This document shows positions 41,057 to 49,192 of a stretch of DNA of 49,192 bases, in pieces. The notes beneath the pieces were generated by a model that worked only from the letters and a program-made list of their open reading frames with translations, did no database searches and was not told where the DNA came from. Origin of the DNA: a candidate division WOR-3 bacterium. Lineage in GTDB: Bacteria; Hydrothermota; Hydrothermia; LBFQ01; DSFT01. Made by a program: the position numbers and the translations under genes. Position 1 is the first letter of the stretch. Each line of letters starts with the position of its first letter. Location: contig CBFGJN010000007.1 of assembly GCA_965649115.1 (NCBI GenBank), positions 1 to 49,192 of the forward strand, written 5' to 3'.

Positions 41057-42016
41057 ATGAATTTAATGACATTTATTTTGATAGGACAAAGTATAGAGAT
41101 ATATGGGGAAGAAGATACAAAAGAGGAACAGGTTAATAAAGAAGAAACAGATGATTATATATGGTTATGGAAAAAGAGTAAGGAACATACTGGATTTATT
41201 ATAAGAATTCTTGAACCAGAAGGGCAAATAGTTGAAATATATAAAGAAGGTTCAAAAAAACCTATTCATAAAGCAGATATTCCTACAAGTTTTGAGAGAA
41301 TGTTTGCCGAGGAAGGCTTTTATAAAATTGTCATTGGAGATTGGTCTAAGAAATTTGAAATAAGAAGAGGTTTTGAATATACACTTTATTTAAAGAAACC
41401 TTCTAGAAAAGAAGAATATGATGACTATTCAATTGTTAGAAAACCTTCAAAAGAAACAATTATAAAAATTCTTGAACCGAAGGGTTCAAGTGTTGAAATT
41501 TATAAAGAAAATTCTACAATTCCTATTCACAAGAGTGATATTCCAACAAGTAAAATTATACATCAACCTGGATTTTATAAGGTTATTGTTTATAATAATA
41601 ATTCAAAGTGGGAAGGTAAAATTGAAGTAAAGGAAAATTTTGAAAATATCATTTACGTTAAAAATTTAAAACCTATCAAACAAGAACCAAAAGTTATTAG
41701 TGAGGAAAGTTTTTCTGCACTTGTAAATAACATAAAAGATGAGATTTCAAGTTTTACAAAAAAAGATATTTTAAAAACAGCAGTTGATAAAAATTATTTT
41801 TATACAAAACACTTAGTTCAATTATTAGATTTGTTTATTAGTGAGATTGATAAGGAAGATGTTGTAAAGATGGTTTATCCAAAAATCATAGACAAAGAAA
41901 ACATTCATCAAATTTACTCAAAATTTATGAGTTCTATTTCAAAGGAAAACATAAGAAAGTGGATAGAAGAATATGATAATGAGGAAAATAATGAAAAAAA
42001 GGAAGGTTGGAAATGA
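41057..42016 (+). CDS. Exported protein with an internal duplicated domain and a DUF4476-like C-terminus; start moved to 41057
   Basis: ILEPEGQIVEIYKE..PIHKADIPTS and ILEPKGSSVEIYKE..PIHKSDIPTS; C-terminal YPKIIDKEN. Confidence 0.75.
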   Translation: MNLMTFILIGQSIEIYGEEDTKEEQVNKEETDDYIWLWKKSKEHTGFIIRILEPEGQIVEIYKEGSKKPIHKADIPTSFERMFAEEGFYKIVIGDWSKKFEIRRGFEYTLYLKKPSRKEEYDDYSIVRKPSKETIIKILEPKGSSVEIYKENSTIPIHKSDIPTSKIIHQPGFYKVIVYNNNSKWEGKIEVKENFENIIYVKNLKPIKQEPKVISEESFSALVNNIKDEISSFTKKDILKTAVDKNYFYTKHLVQLLDLFISEIDKEDVVKMVYPKIIDKENIHQIYSKFMSSISKENIRKWIEEYDNEENNEKKEGWK

Positions 42017-42546
42017 GAAATGTTATATTTTTAATTCTAATATCTTGTGCAACAGGATATTATGCCAAAGGCTCAGTTGTAAAAATTGACAAAACCAAAA
42101 ATTATAAAATTGCTATTATTCCACAATTAAAAAGTAATTATTTAAATGAAGATGATTTAAGGAAAATTTACAATGCCTACTATTTGGAGTTTTCAAGTAT
42201 TAAAAATTTTACAATTGTAGAAAGAGAAAAAATTGAAGAAATTATAAAAGAACTGAATTTTCAATATTCTGGCCTTGCTGATGTTAATAATGCAAAGGAA
42301 TTTGGAAAGTTGGCAGGAGCTGATTTAGTAGCGACTTATGAGGTTATTTCAGCAAGTGAAAAAATGGATGATTTTTTAAAAGAGATAGTCAGAGAGCTTG
42401 TAATTTCAATTAAAATAATTGATATTCAAACAGGTGAAGTTTTATATGTAGGTAGGGGGAGAGAAGAAGGATTTAGTGATAAATTGGATATTATAGAGGG
42501 AGCAGTTTCCAATTCAATTCATGCCCTAAAACTATCATTAAAATGA
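42013..42546 (+). CDS. CsgG/HfaB-like lipoprotein
   Basis: LISC lipobox; FTIVEREKIEEIIKE, FGKLAGAD, IIDIQTGEV. Confidence 0.8.
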   Translation: MRNVIFLILISCATGYYAKGSVVKIDKTKNYKIAIIPQLKSNYLNEDDLRKIYNAYYLEFSSIKNFTIVEREKIEEIIKELNFQYSGLADVNNAKEFGKLAGADLVATYEVISASEKMDDFLKEIVRELVISIKIIDIQTGEVLYVGRGREEGFSDKLDIIEGAVSNSIHALKLSLK

Positions 42547-43100
42547 AAAAAATTATTATTTTCGTTTTATTAACTTCTTGCATTAGTGCTACAACAAAGG
42601 AAAAATTAAATTACTTTATTGAAAAAAGGAATTTTAAAATTGCCTTAATTCCATCAAAATTCGGAAACAATTTAGACAATGTCGTAGAGGCTAAAATTAT
42701 TTCAAAGTTAAAGAATTTTGATAATATTGAAGTTATTGAAAGGAAAGATTTGAATAAAATTATAGGAGAAAAATCATTTTGGGATGAAGTAGGGAGTGAT
42801 AGTTCAATTATTGAAAATTTTAAAATTTCAAACATAGATTTGCTTGGAATTTACAATGTTGATTATTTTGATGAAAGATATGATGATTATTGTACAAGTT
42901 ATTGGGATATTAAGGAAAGTAAAATAAAAGAAAGTTGTAGATGGACGAAAATTTATGAAATAGCCATAAGTCTTAAAATTATTGATATTTCAAATTCAAA
43001 AGTTATTTTAGCTGAGACGGGAAGTTCAAAGGCTTTAAGTCTTGAAGATTGTATAGAAGATGCTATTGAAAGCATGTTTTCAAAAATAAAAGGAGGTTAA
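42543..43100 (+). CDS. CsgG-like lipoprotein paralog
   Basis: LTSC lipobox; EVIERKDLNKIIGE, LKIIDISNSKV. Confidence 0.7.
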   Translation: MKKIIIFVLLTSCISATTKEKLNYFIEKRNFKIALIPSKFGNNLDNVVEAKIISKLKNFDNIEVIERKDLNKIIGEKSFWDEVGSDSSIIENFKISNIDLLGIYNVDYFDERYDDYCTSYWDIKESKIKESCRWTKIYEIAISLKIIDISNSKVILAETGSSKALSLEDCIEDAIESMFSKIKGG

Positions 43101-43104
43101 GAGT

Positions 43105-43887
43105 ATGATGATGCTTTTATTTTTACAAATAAACAAAGCAGTTGAAATTATAAAAGATGGAAAAGTAGACTGGTCAAAAGGTATTATAACTGCTAAGGGA
43201 TATGGTGTTTTTGATGTAAATAGCAAAAATCTAAATGCGGAAATTCTTAAAGCACAAAGAGTTGCTGTTGTTGTTGCTCAAAGGAACTTACTTGAAACGA
43301 TAAAAGGTGTTTATATAAATTCTGAAACAATTGTTGAAGACTATATGCTAAAAAGTGATTTAATCATAAGTAGAGTAAATGGACTTATAAGAGGGGCAAG
43401 AATGATTGGAGAACCAAAGATAGATAAGCAAAATGGTATTGTTGAAGTAGAAATGGCTATTGATTTATATGGTGATAATAGCTTAGCAAGTGCTATTCTT
43501 CCTGAAATTCTAAAAAACACTAAAAAGCCAAAAATAGATGATATAAAAGATAATCCAAATTTTTCTGCATTAGTTCTTGATGGTTCGGGAAAGGATATAA
43601 AACCTTCTTTATTTCCAAAAATTTATGATGAAAATGGAAATTTAATTTTTGATACCGCTTGGCTTATAGATGAAAATAATCCAAGTGCTAAAAAAGTTAT
43701 AACATTTGTAGAAAATTTAAATGATATTTTAAATGACCCAGAGCTAAAAAATAATCCTCTTGTTATTAAAATAAAATCCGTTTTAAATGGAAGGGATATT
43801 GTTGTTGATAAAGATAATGCTAATAAAATCAAATGGATTAAAAAGGCATGGGAAATTGGAAAGAAAATTGTTTTAACACTATTTTAG
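43105..43887 (+). CDS. LPP20-like envelope protein
   Basis: VDWSKGIITAKGYG, AQRNLLETIKGV; GGAGG SD. Confidence 0.7.
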   Translation: MMMLLFLQINKAVEIIKDGKVDWSKGIITAKGYGVFDVNSKNLNAEILKAQRVAVVVAQRNLLETIKGVYINSETIVEDYMLKSDLIISRVNGLIRGARMIGEPKIDKQNGIVEVEMAIDLYGDNSLASAILPEILKNTKKPKIDDIKDNPNFSALVLDGSGKDIKPSLFPKIYDENGNLIFDTAWLIDENNPSAKKVITFVENLNDILNDPELKNNPLVIKIKSVLNGRDIVVDKDNANKIKWIKKAWEIGKKIVLTLF

Positions 43888-43897
43888 GGGGTTAAAT

Positions 43898-44938
43898 ATG
43901 ATTTTATTCTTAATTTTACAAAGTGAAAAAACTATAATTTCAGAAGGTGTCTCTTCAATAAATAATGTTTCAATAGATGTAGCAAGGGATAGAGCAATAT
44001 CAGATGCCCTAAGAAATGCTATTGAACAGGCACTTGGAACTTATATAGAGAGTCAAACAATTATTGATAATTATCAACTAATTGAAGATAACATTCTTTC
44101 AAAATCAAAAGGTTATGTAAAAAGTTACAAAATTATTTCTGAGAAGCAAGATGAGGGACTTTATAGAGTAAAAATTATGGCAATTGTAGATAATACTAAA
44201 ATTGAAGATGACTTATCCGCTTTGAAAATTTTAATTTTAGAAAAAGATAGACCAAGAATGCTTATTCTTGCTAATGAAGAATTTTTAGAAGATTTACTAA
44301 TAGAAAAGTTTTCAGATAAAGGTTTTCCAATTTTAGATCAAAAAAAATTAAAAGAAAATATGAGAAAAGAAGAATTAAGACTAATTTTTGAAGGTGCTAA
44401 TGATACATTAATAGCAAGGTACGGTTTAAGAGAAGGTGCAGAAATGATTTTAATTGCTAAATACAAAGAAAATGATAAAAAAATTGAAAGTTATAATGTT
44501 AGCTTAAAGGAAGTTTCAATTTCTTCAAGATTAATAGAACCAAGAAGTGCTGAAATTATAGCTTCTGTTAGAATTGATAAATCTTATCCAAACATTAATC
44601 AAGCAATAAAAAACCAATTAGTTGATTCATTATTTAATTTATTACTTCCAAAAACTACGAAAAAACTTCAAGAAAATAATATAGTAAAAATTTACTTATA
44701 CAATGTTGATTTTGATAAAGTTTCAAAATTAAGAGAAATTTTATTCAGTAATGTTAGAAAAATTGAAAAAATCATTCTGAGAGAATTCGTTGAAAACAAT
44801 GCCATATTGGAAATTATAACACCTGAAAATCCAACAGCAATTGCTCAAATTATAAAAAACAAGGTAAAGGAAATTGAAATTAGTGAAATTGGTAGTAATT
44901 CATTATATGTAAGATGGAAAGTTAAAACCAAACAATAA
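43898..44938 (+). CDS. FlgT N-terminal-domain envelope protein
   Basis: ARDRAISDALRNAIEQALG ... SKGYVKSYKII. Confidence 0.72.
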   Translation: MILFLILQSEKTIISEGVSSINNVSIDVARDRAISDALRNAIEQALGTYIESQTIIDNYQLIEDNILSKSKGYVKSYKIISEKQDEGLYRVKIMAIVDNTKIEDDLSALKILILEKDRPRMLILANEEFLEDLLIEKFSDKGFPILDQKKLKENMRKEELRLIFEGANDTLIARYGLREGAEMILIAKYKENDKKIESYNVSLKEVSISSRLIEPRSAEIIASVRIDKSYPNINQAIKNQLVDSLFNLLLPKTTKKLQENNIVKIYLYNVDFDKVSKLREILFSNVRKIEKIILREFVENNAILEIITPENPTAIAQIIKNKVKEIEISEIGSNSLYVRWKVKTKQ

Positions 44939-44943
44939 ATTTT

Positions 44944-45093
44944 TGCTGTGTCTAAAAATTCTAAAATCGTTTATTTTTTATTTTTCCCACTCGCCCTGAA
45001 ATAAAGGCTACGCCTTTAAAATGCCCATATTTCGGTTATGGGGGCAATAGCCTCCTTAAATAACCCCCCTAATAAAAACTACTAGATAAAGCA
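44944..45093 (-). mobile_element. MITE-like copy; further remnants extend to ~45325
   Basis: tgctgtgtctaaaaattct ... actagataaagca; aaggctacgcctt. Confidence 0.8.
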
Positions 45094-45327
45094 TAAAAAT
45101 TTCCATTTTTCGGCCGTGGGGGCTACACCTCTCAAAACCACCCAATAAAATCAAGAACTTAGCATCATTTGAAAGTATTCATTTTATCATATTTTGTTCA
45201 ACTACCCTGAAAATAAGCTTTCATCTTAAAAGCTTCGTCCCCTTAAATCCCCCCAATAAATAAAACACAATAAATTGGCAATTTGGAATTTATCAGTCGG
45301 CGTATTTCCCCCACTCCCACCCTTATA

Positions 45328-46536
45328 TTAATCCTTGTGAAAGGCAATAATTTTGCCTTTTTTAAAAACCATTTTTAAATTATTTACAGCACCATTATAA
45401 ACTAAGTATCTGTAATCATCAAAATCAAAAACAATAAAATCAGCAAATTTTCCAACTTCTAAACTACCTACAAATTTATCCATATCTATTGCTTTTGCTG
45501 AATTTATCGTGCTAGCTAAAATCGCTTCTTCAATTTTCATATTTAATAACATAACTGATAACAAAATAACAAATTGCATATTTTGAGTAAAGGAAGTTCC
45601 TGGATTAAAATCAGTTCCTAATGCTATGGTACAACCACTATCTATTAGTTTCCTTGCAGGTGGATATTTATTTTTTCTTAATAAAAATGTTGTAGAAGGC
45701 AATAAAACGCAGACCGTTTTACTTTTTGAAATTAACTTAATATCATTATCACTTATCTCATTCAAATGATCAAGTGAAACAGCATTAAATTCAACTCCAA
45801 GTTTAGTACCACCTATATTATAGAACTCATCAGTGTGTAATTTTAATAAAAATCCTAATTTTTTAGCTTTACTTAAAATTTTTCTTGTTTGTTCAATTTC
45901 AAAAACCCCTCTTTCACAAAAAACATCAACAAACTTAGCTAAATTTTTCTGCTTAATTATTTCTAAATTTTTTATAACTTCATTAACATATTTTTCTCTA
46001 TCGTCTATAAAATCATGAACTAAAAATGTTGGAACAATTGTAATTGGTTTATCGTTTAATTCATTAGTAATCTCAAGAATTTTAATTTCATTTTCTAAAT
46101 CAAGACCATAACCACTTTTAGCTTCAATTGTAGTAGTTCCATATTCAATAAATTTCCTTATAAATTTTTTCACATATTTTTTTATTTGTTCTTTATTAGC
46201 ATTTCTTGTATCTTTAACAGTTTTTAAAATACCACCACCCATCTCTCTAATTTTTAAATAATCAAAACCTTTTAATCTCAATTCAAATTCAATAATTCTA
46301 TCTCCGTAAAAAACCAAATGTGTATGAGGATCAACAAATCCTGGAAGGATTACTTTATCTGAAACATCTATTACTTTACTTGCTAATTTTAGATATTCAG
46401 AAGGTAAATCGCTATCCTTTCCAATCCAAATTATCTTATCATCAAAAACAATAGAACCATTTTCTATAATTAATGGATTTGAACTTGTAAAAATTTGCTT
46501 GGCTTTTCTTAAAATTTTTATTTTCTTATCATCCAT
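45328..46536 (-). CDS. hutI: Imidazolonepropionase
   Basis: PGFVDPHTH, GGGILKTV, EAKSGYGL, DVFCE, TDFNPG. Confidence 0.95.
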   Translation of the reverse strand: MDDKKIKILRKAKQIFTSSNPLIIENGSIVFDDKIIWIGKDSDLPSEYLKLASKVIDVSDKVILPGFVDPHTHLVFYGDRIIEFELRLKGFDYLKIREMGGGILKTVKDTRNANKEQIKKYVKKFIRKFIEYGTTTIEAKSGYGLDLENEIKILEITNELNDKPITIVPTFLVHDFIDDREKYVNEVIKNLEIIKQKNLAKFVDVFCERGVFEIEQTRKILSKAKKLGFLLKLHTDEFYNIGGTKLGVEFNAVSLDHLNEISDNDIKLISKSKTVCVLLPSTTFLLRKNKYPPARKLIDSGCTIALGTDFNPGTSFTQNMQFVILLSVMLLNMKIEEAILASTINSAKAIDMDKFVGSLEVGKFADFIVFDFDDYRYLVYNGAVNNLKMVFKKGKIIAFHKD

Positions 46537-48692
46537 TTGTAAATTTCTCCTTCAAATTTAACAATGTATATTCCATTTCTCAAATCTGTTTTTATTTCAT
46601 TATAACCTGCATTTAAATTTCCATTAAATTCATAAACTTTTCTACCATTTATAGAATAAATTTTTAAACTAATTTTTCTGTTAGTTCCAAGGTTTAACTT
46701 AATTACACCATTACTTTCAAGCTTTATAGTCCAAACATTGTTAAATTCATCATTTGAAGTTATATTACAATTTATATTTGGATTGTAAATAAACTCAATT
46801 GCATCAGATATTACAACAACACTATTGGAGTTTTCAGAAGTCTTTGAATATAAAATAACTTTTGAATTACTATTTAAACAAAAGCTACCAAAATTTACCC
46901 ATCCCGTATCATTTAAATTATTTGAAAATTGATTTAAATAAATGATAGTATCTCCGTTTGCTCTTAAAATTCTATATTTTGCTTGTGAAGTTCTATTACT
47001 TCCTTTTCTTATCCAGGCTCTTAAACTATAACCACCAGGGCAATTTATTTGAGGATTATAAATAACTGAATCATTATTTGATGTGTAGTTATATCTATAA
47101 TCACCTGCATAACCTGTATAAGAACTTAATGGCCAAGTTCCATAAGCATTCCATCCAACATTGCCATCATCTACAATCCTATCATTACAACCACTAAGAG
47201 GTCCTTGATAAATAAAAACGACAGCATCAAAACCTATTCTTTGATTTTCTCTCCCCGAAATTGTAGTATCTCCAAGTGTTATAGAACCATTATTTATTGA
47301 ATAACCTGCATTAAATTCATAATTACCCAAATCAACCCATTGATTATTATATAAGCTTTGGTCTATCCATTTTTCTGATATACCATTTCTATGATAAATT
47401 TTATATCTTACATAAGCTTGACTATTTTGAGGAATATAAACTCTCACTTTATAAACGCCAGGAAATGGTAAAATTGGCGTCCATCTTGCCCAATTAGTAA
47501 TAGCACCTGTCCAAGAATAAGTCCAAAAATGATGACCTCCATTATAACCAATTAAACTATCAAACCACCAAGAACTATAAGGTCCTCCTCTCTTGAAATT
47601 ATAACTAAATTCATCAAATAGTGTATCCTTCCAAGATAAACCATTTACAAGTGATATGTAGTACTTCCAATCCCAATATGGTCCGGGGTCAGTGTGGCAA
47701 CTATAACCTCCACCACCCGGAACATTACAACCAGGGACTTGATTATGTCCAAGTATTGCTGATGTGTCTCTTATTTTGGGAATTGAATATAAATCCGCTA
47801 ATGTTCTTGTTATCTTAGCAGATATTGAATAAAGCGTATCTGTATACCAACCATTTTGATTTATGTACCCTTCGTGCTCAATTCCAATAGACCTTGTATT
47901 ATAATTCCAATAACCTGCATGCCAAGCAATATCTTTATGGCAAACCATTTGTGTAGAATGCCCATCAGACGATCTTAGAACATAATGTGCTGATGCTTGA
48001 GCATTAGGATTTTGAAACCAAGAAATAGCACTATTATAAGAACCCTCAGTTGTATGAATAATAACTTTACTAATTGGATAATCATAAGGTCTATTAGCAT
48101 CTGTATAATTACTATTACTTGCGGGAACAAATTGATTAACAAAGCTAAATTCTGGTTGTGGAGAACAATCTGCAGTAAATATCAAATTTGCTTTGAAAAT
48201 TGGTGCTTTTGGATTGGGTTTTACTGATAAATTATAAAATTCAACACCCTCTCTATAAATTTTTAAGACATCCTCCACAAACAAATCATTTTTTCCATAT
48301 TTTTTTAAAGCACATATTAAATCATTAGAGCATTCATTTAAAAATTTTCTTAGTAATTTAGAAGCATATCTGATATTATTTTCTTCACTCTCAACTAAAT
48401 AAGCCTTTATACCATTTAATGTAATTTTTTTGTTTATACAATTTTCACATTCAATTTCAATCGTTTTATTATAATTTATTGGGATTGAAAAATCCTTTAT
48501 TCCCATTATTCCAATAGAACTATCAATAGATGGACATTTATGGTGATAAAATCGTGTCTGAACATAAGCAATAGATTTTAATAGTTCCTTATCAACACCT
48601 TCAATTCTGCTGATATTTGAAAAAAGGCTATCAAGATATTTGTAGTAATTAACCATTTCCAAAGAAGGAGCTGAAAGGAGATAAATTAACAT
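46518..48692 (-). CDS. Secreted N-acetylmuramoyl-L-alanine amidase (Amidase_2) with accessory domains and T9SS-type CTD
   Basis: IIHTTEG, SAHY, AWHAG, SIGIEHEG, HTDPG; IYSINGRKV ... GIYIVK. Confidence 0.9.
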   Translation of the reverse strand: MLIYLLSAPSLEMVNYYKYLDSLFSNISRIEGVDKELLKSIAYVQTRFYHHKCPSIDSSIGIMGIKDFSIPINYNKTIEIECENCINKKITLNGIKAYLVESEENNIRYASKLLRKFLNECSNDLICALKKYGKNDLFVEDVLKIYREGVEFYNLSVKPNPKAPIFKANLIFTADCSPQPEFSFVNQFVPASNSNYTDANRPYDYPISKVIIHTTEGSYNSAISWFQNPNAQASAHYVLRSSDGHSTQMVCHKDIAWHAGYWNYNTRSIGIEHEGYINQNGWYTDTLYSISAKITRTLADLYSIPKIRDTSAILGHNQVPGCNVPGGGGYSCHTDPGPYWDWKYYISLVNGLSWKDTLFDEFSYNFKRGGPYSSWWFDSLIGYNGGHHFWTYSWTGAITNWARWTPILPFPGVYKVRVYIPQNSQAYVRYKIYHRNGISEKWIDQSLYNNQWVDLGNYEFNAGYSINNGSITLGDTTISGRENQRIGFDAVVFIYQGPLSGCNDRIVDDGNVGWNAYGTWPLSSYTGYAGDYRYNYTSNNDSVIYNPQINCPGGYSLRAWIRKGSNRTSQAKYRILRANGDTIIYLNQFSNNLNDTGWVNFGSFCLNSNSKVILYSKTSENSNSVVVISDAIEFIYNPNINCNITSNDEFNNVWTIKLESNGVIKLNLGTNRKISLKIYSINGRKVYEFNGNLNAGYNEIKTDLRNGIYIVKFEGEIYKWMIRK

Positions 48693-48762
48693 ATTTAAAT
48701 TTTAAAGGGTTTTTAATTTTGCTTTTCTCCCCATTAAATCCCCTATAAAATTGGACAAATTA

Positions 48763-49095
48763 TCACTTAACATAACTTTCAACAATTTTAATAATTTTTT
48801 TAGCTTTTTCAAAACCACTATCTATTGCTTTTTTATTTTGTAATTCTCTATAATAGCCACCAAGATGACTTAATAATAAGTCTCTATCTTTCCCCAAATC
48901 TTTAATGCTCCTCAACTCTTTATAAAATTCCTCAACTTTCTTAAACCTATCCCTTACCTCTTCATCAGAAACCAAATTTTTAGAGATAAATAATGCCTTT
49001 GCTACATATTTTATATCAATATAACGCTTAGCTTTTTTATCAATTTTTGCCAAATCTAATTTCTTTAATGCCATTTCATTTCTTCCATTTTTCAT
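48763..49095 (-). CDS. Hypothetical protein
   Basis: 110-aa ORF with TAAAAT box 7 nt upstream. Confidence 0.7.
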   Translation of the reverse strand: MKNGRNEMALKKLDLAKIDKKAKRYIDIKYVAKALFISKNLVSDEEVRDRFKKVEEFYKELRSIKDLGKDRDLLLSHLGGYYRELQNKKAIDSGFEKAKKIIKIVESYVK

Positions 49096-49130
49096 AAATA
49101 AAATTTTAAAGGATAAAAACTAAATCAAAT

Positions 49131-49192
49131 TGCTGTGTCTAGTAATTCTGAAAATATATATTTTTCTATGTTTTGCCCACCCACCTTGAATA
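49131..49192 (-). mobile_element. MITE-like copy cut by the window edge
   Basis: tgctgtgtctagtaattct and cccacccacc. Confidence 0.8.

Noticed and set aside
379..48227. Other short ORFs nested in or antisense to long genes
   Set aside because: Fully overlap well-supported genes and have no recognisable motifs or initiation signals

Overview
Very AT-rich bacterial chromosome segment of mostly housekeeping genes: acyl-CoA carboxylase subunits, grpE, lysS, surA, tal, citrate synthase, sufU, tRNA-Ser(GGA), frameshifted prfB, ribB, cysS, UDG, rsmD, thrS, clpB and hutI. It also encodes many envelope or secreted proteins, six with T9SS-type C-terminal sorting domains. That profile suggests an FCB-associated lineage such as WOR-3, which is inference only. 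Four unusual layers stand out. (1) 18 of the 19 protein genes that head a transcription unit carry a (C)TTTAAAATTT box whose TAAAAT lies only 6-10 nt before the start codon, with no Shine-Dalgarno, implying near-universal leaderless mRNA. (2) About 14 predicted exported proteins begin with an ultra-short signal-like peptide of about 6-10 aa with no charged n-region, often locked in place by an upstream in-frame stop. (3) Almost every intergenic region contains a ~150-207 bp MITE-like element with terminal inverted repeats, 8-9 bp target duplications, a double IHF-like palindrome and covarying cGNAg hairpins. It forms polarised tandem arrays and sits 14-16 or 21-23 bp upstream of the promoter box. 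(4) An unannotated 59-aa Asp/Glu/Trp-repeat peptide gene lies downstream of citrate synthase, with a very strong SD and its own terminator.
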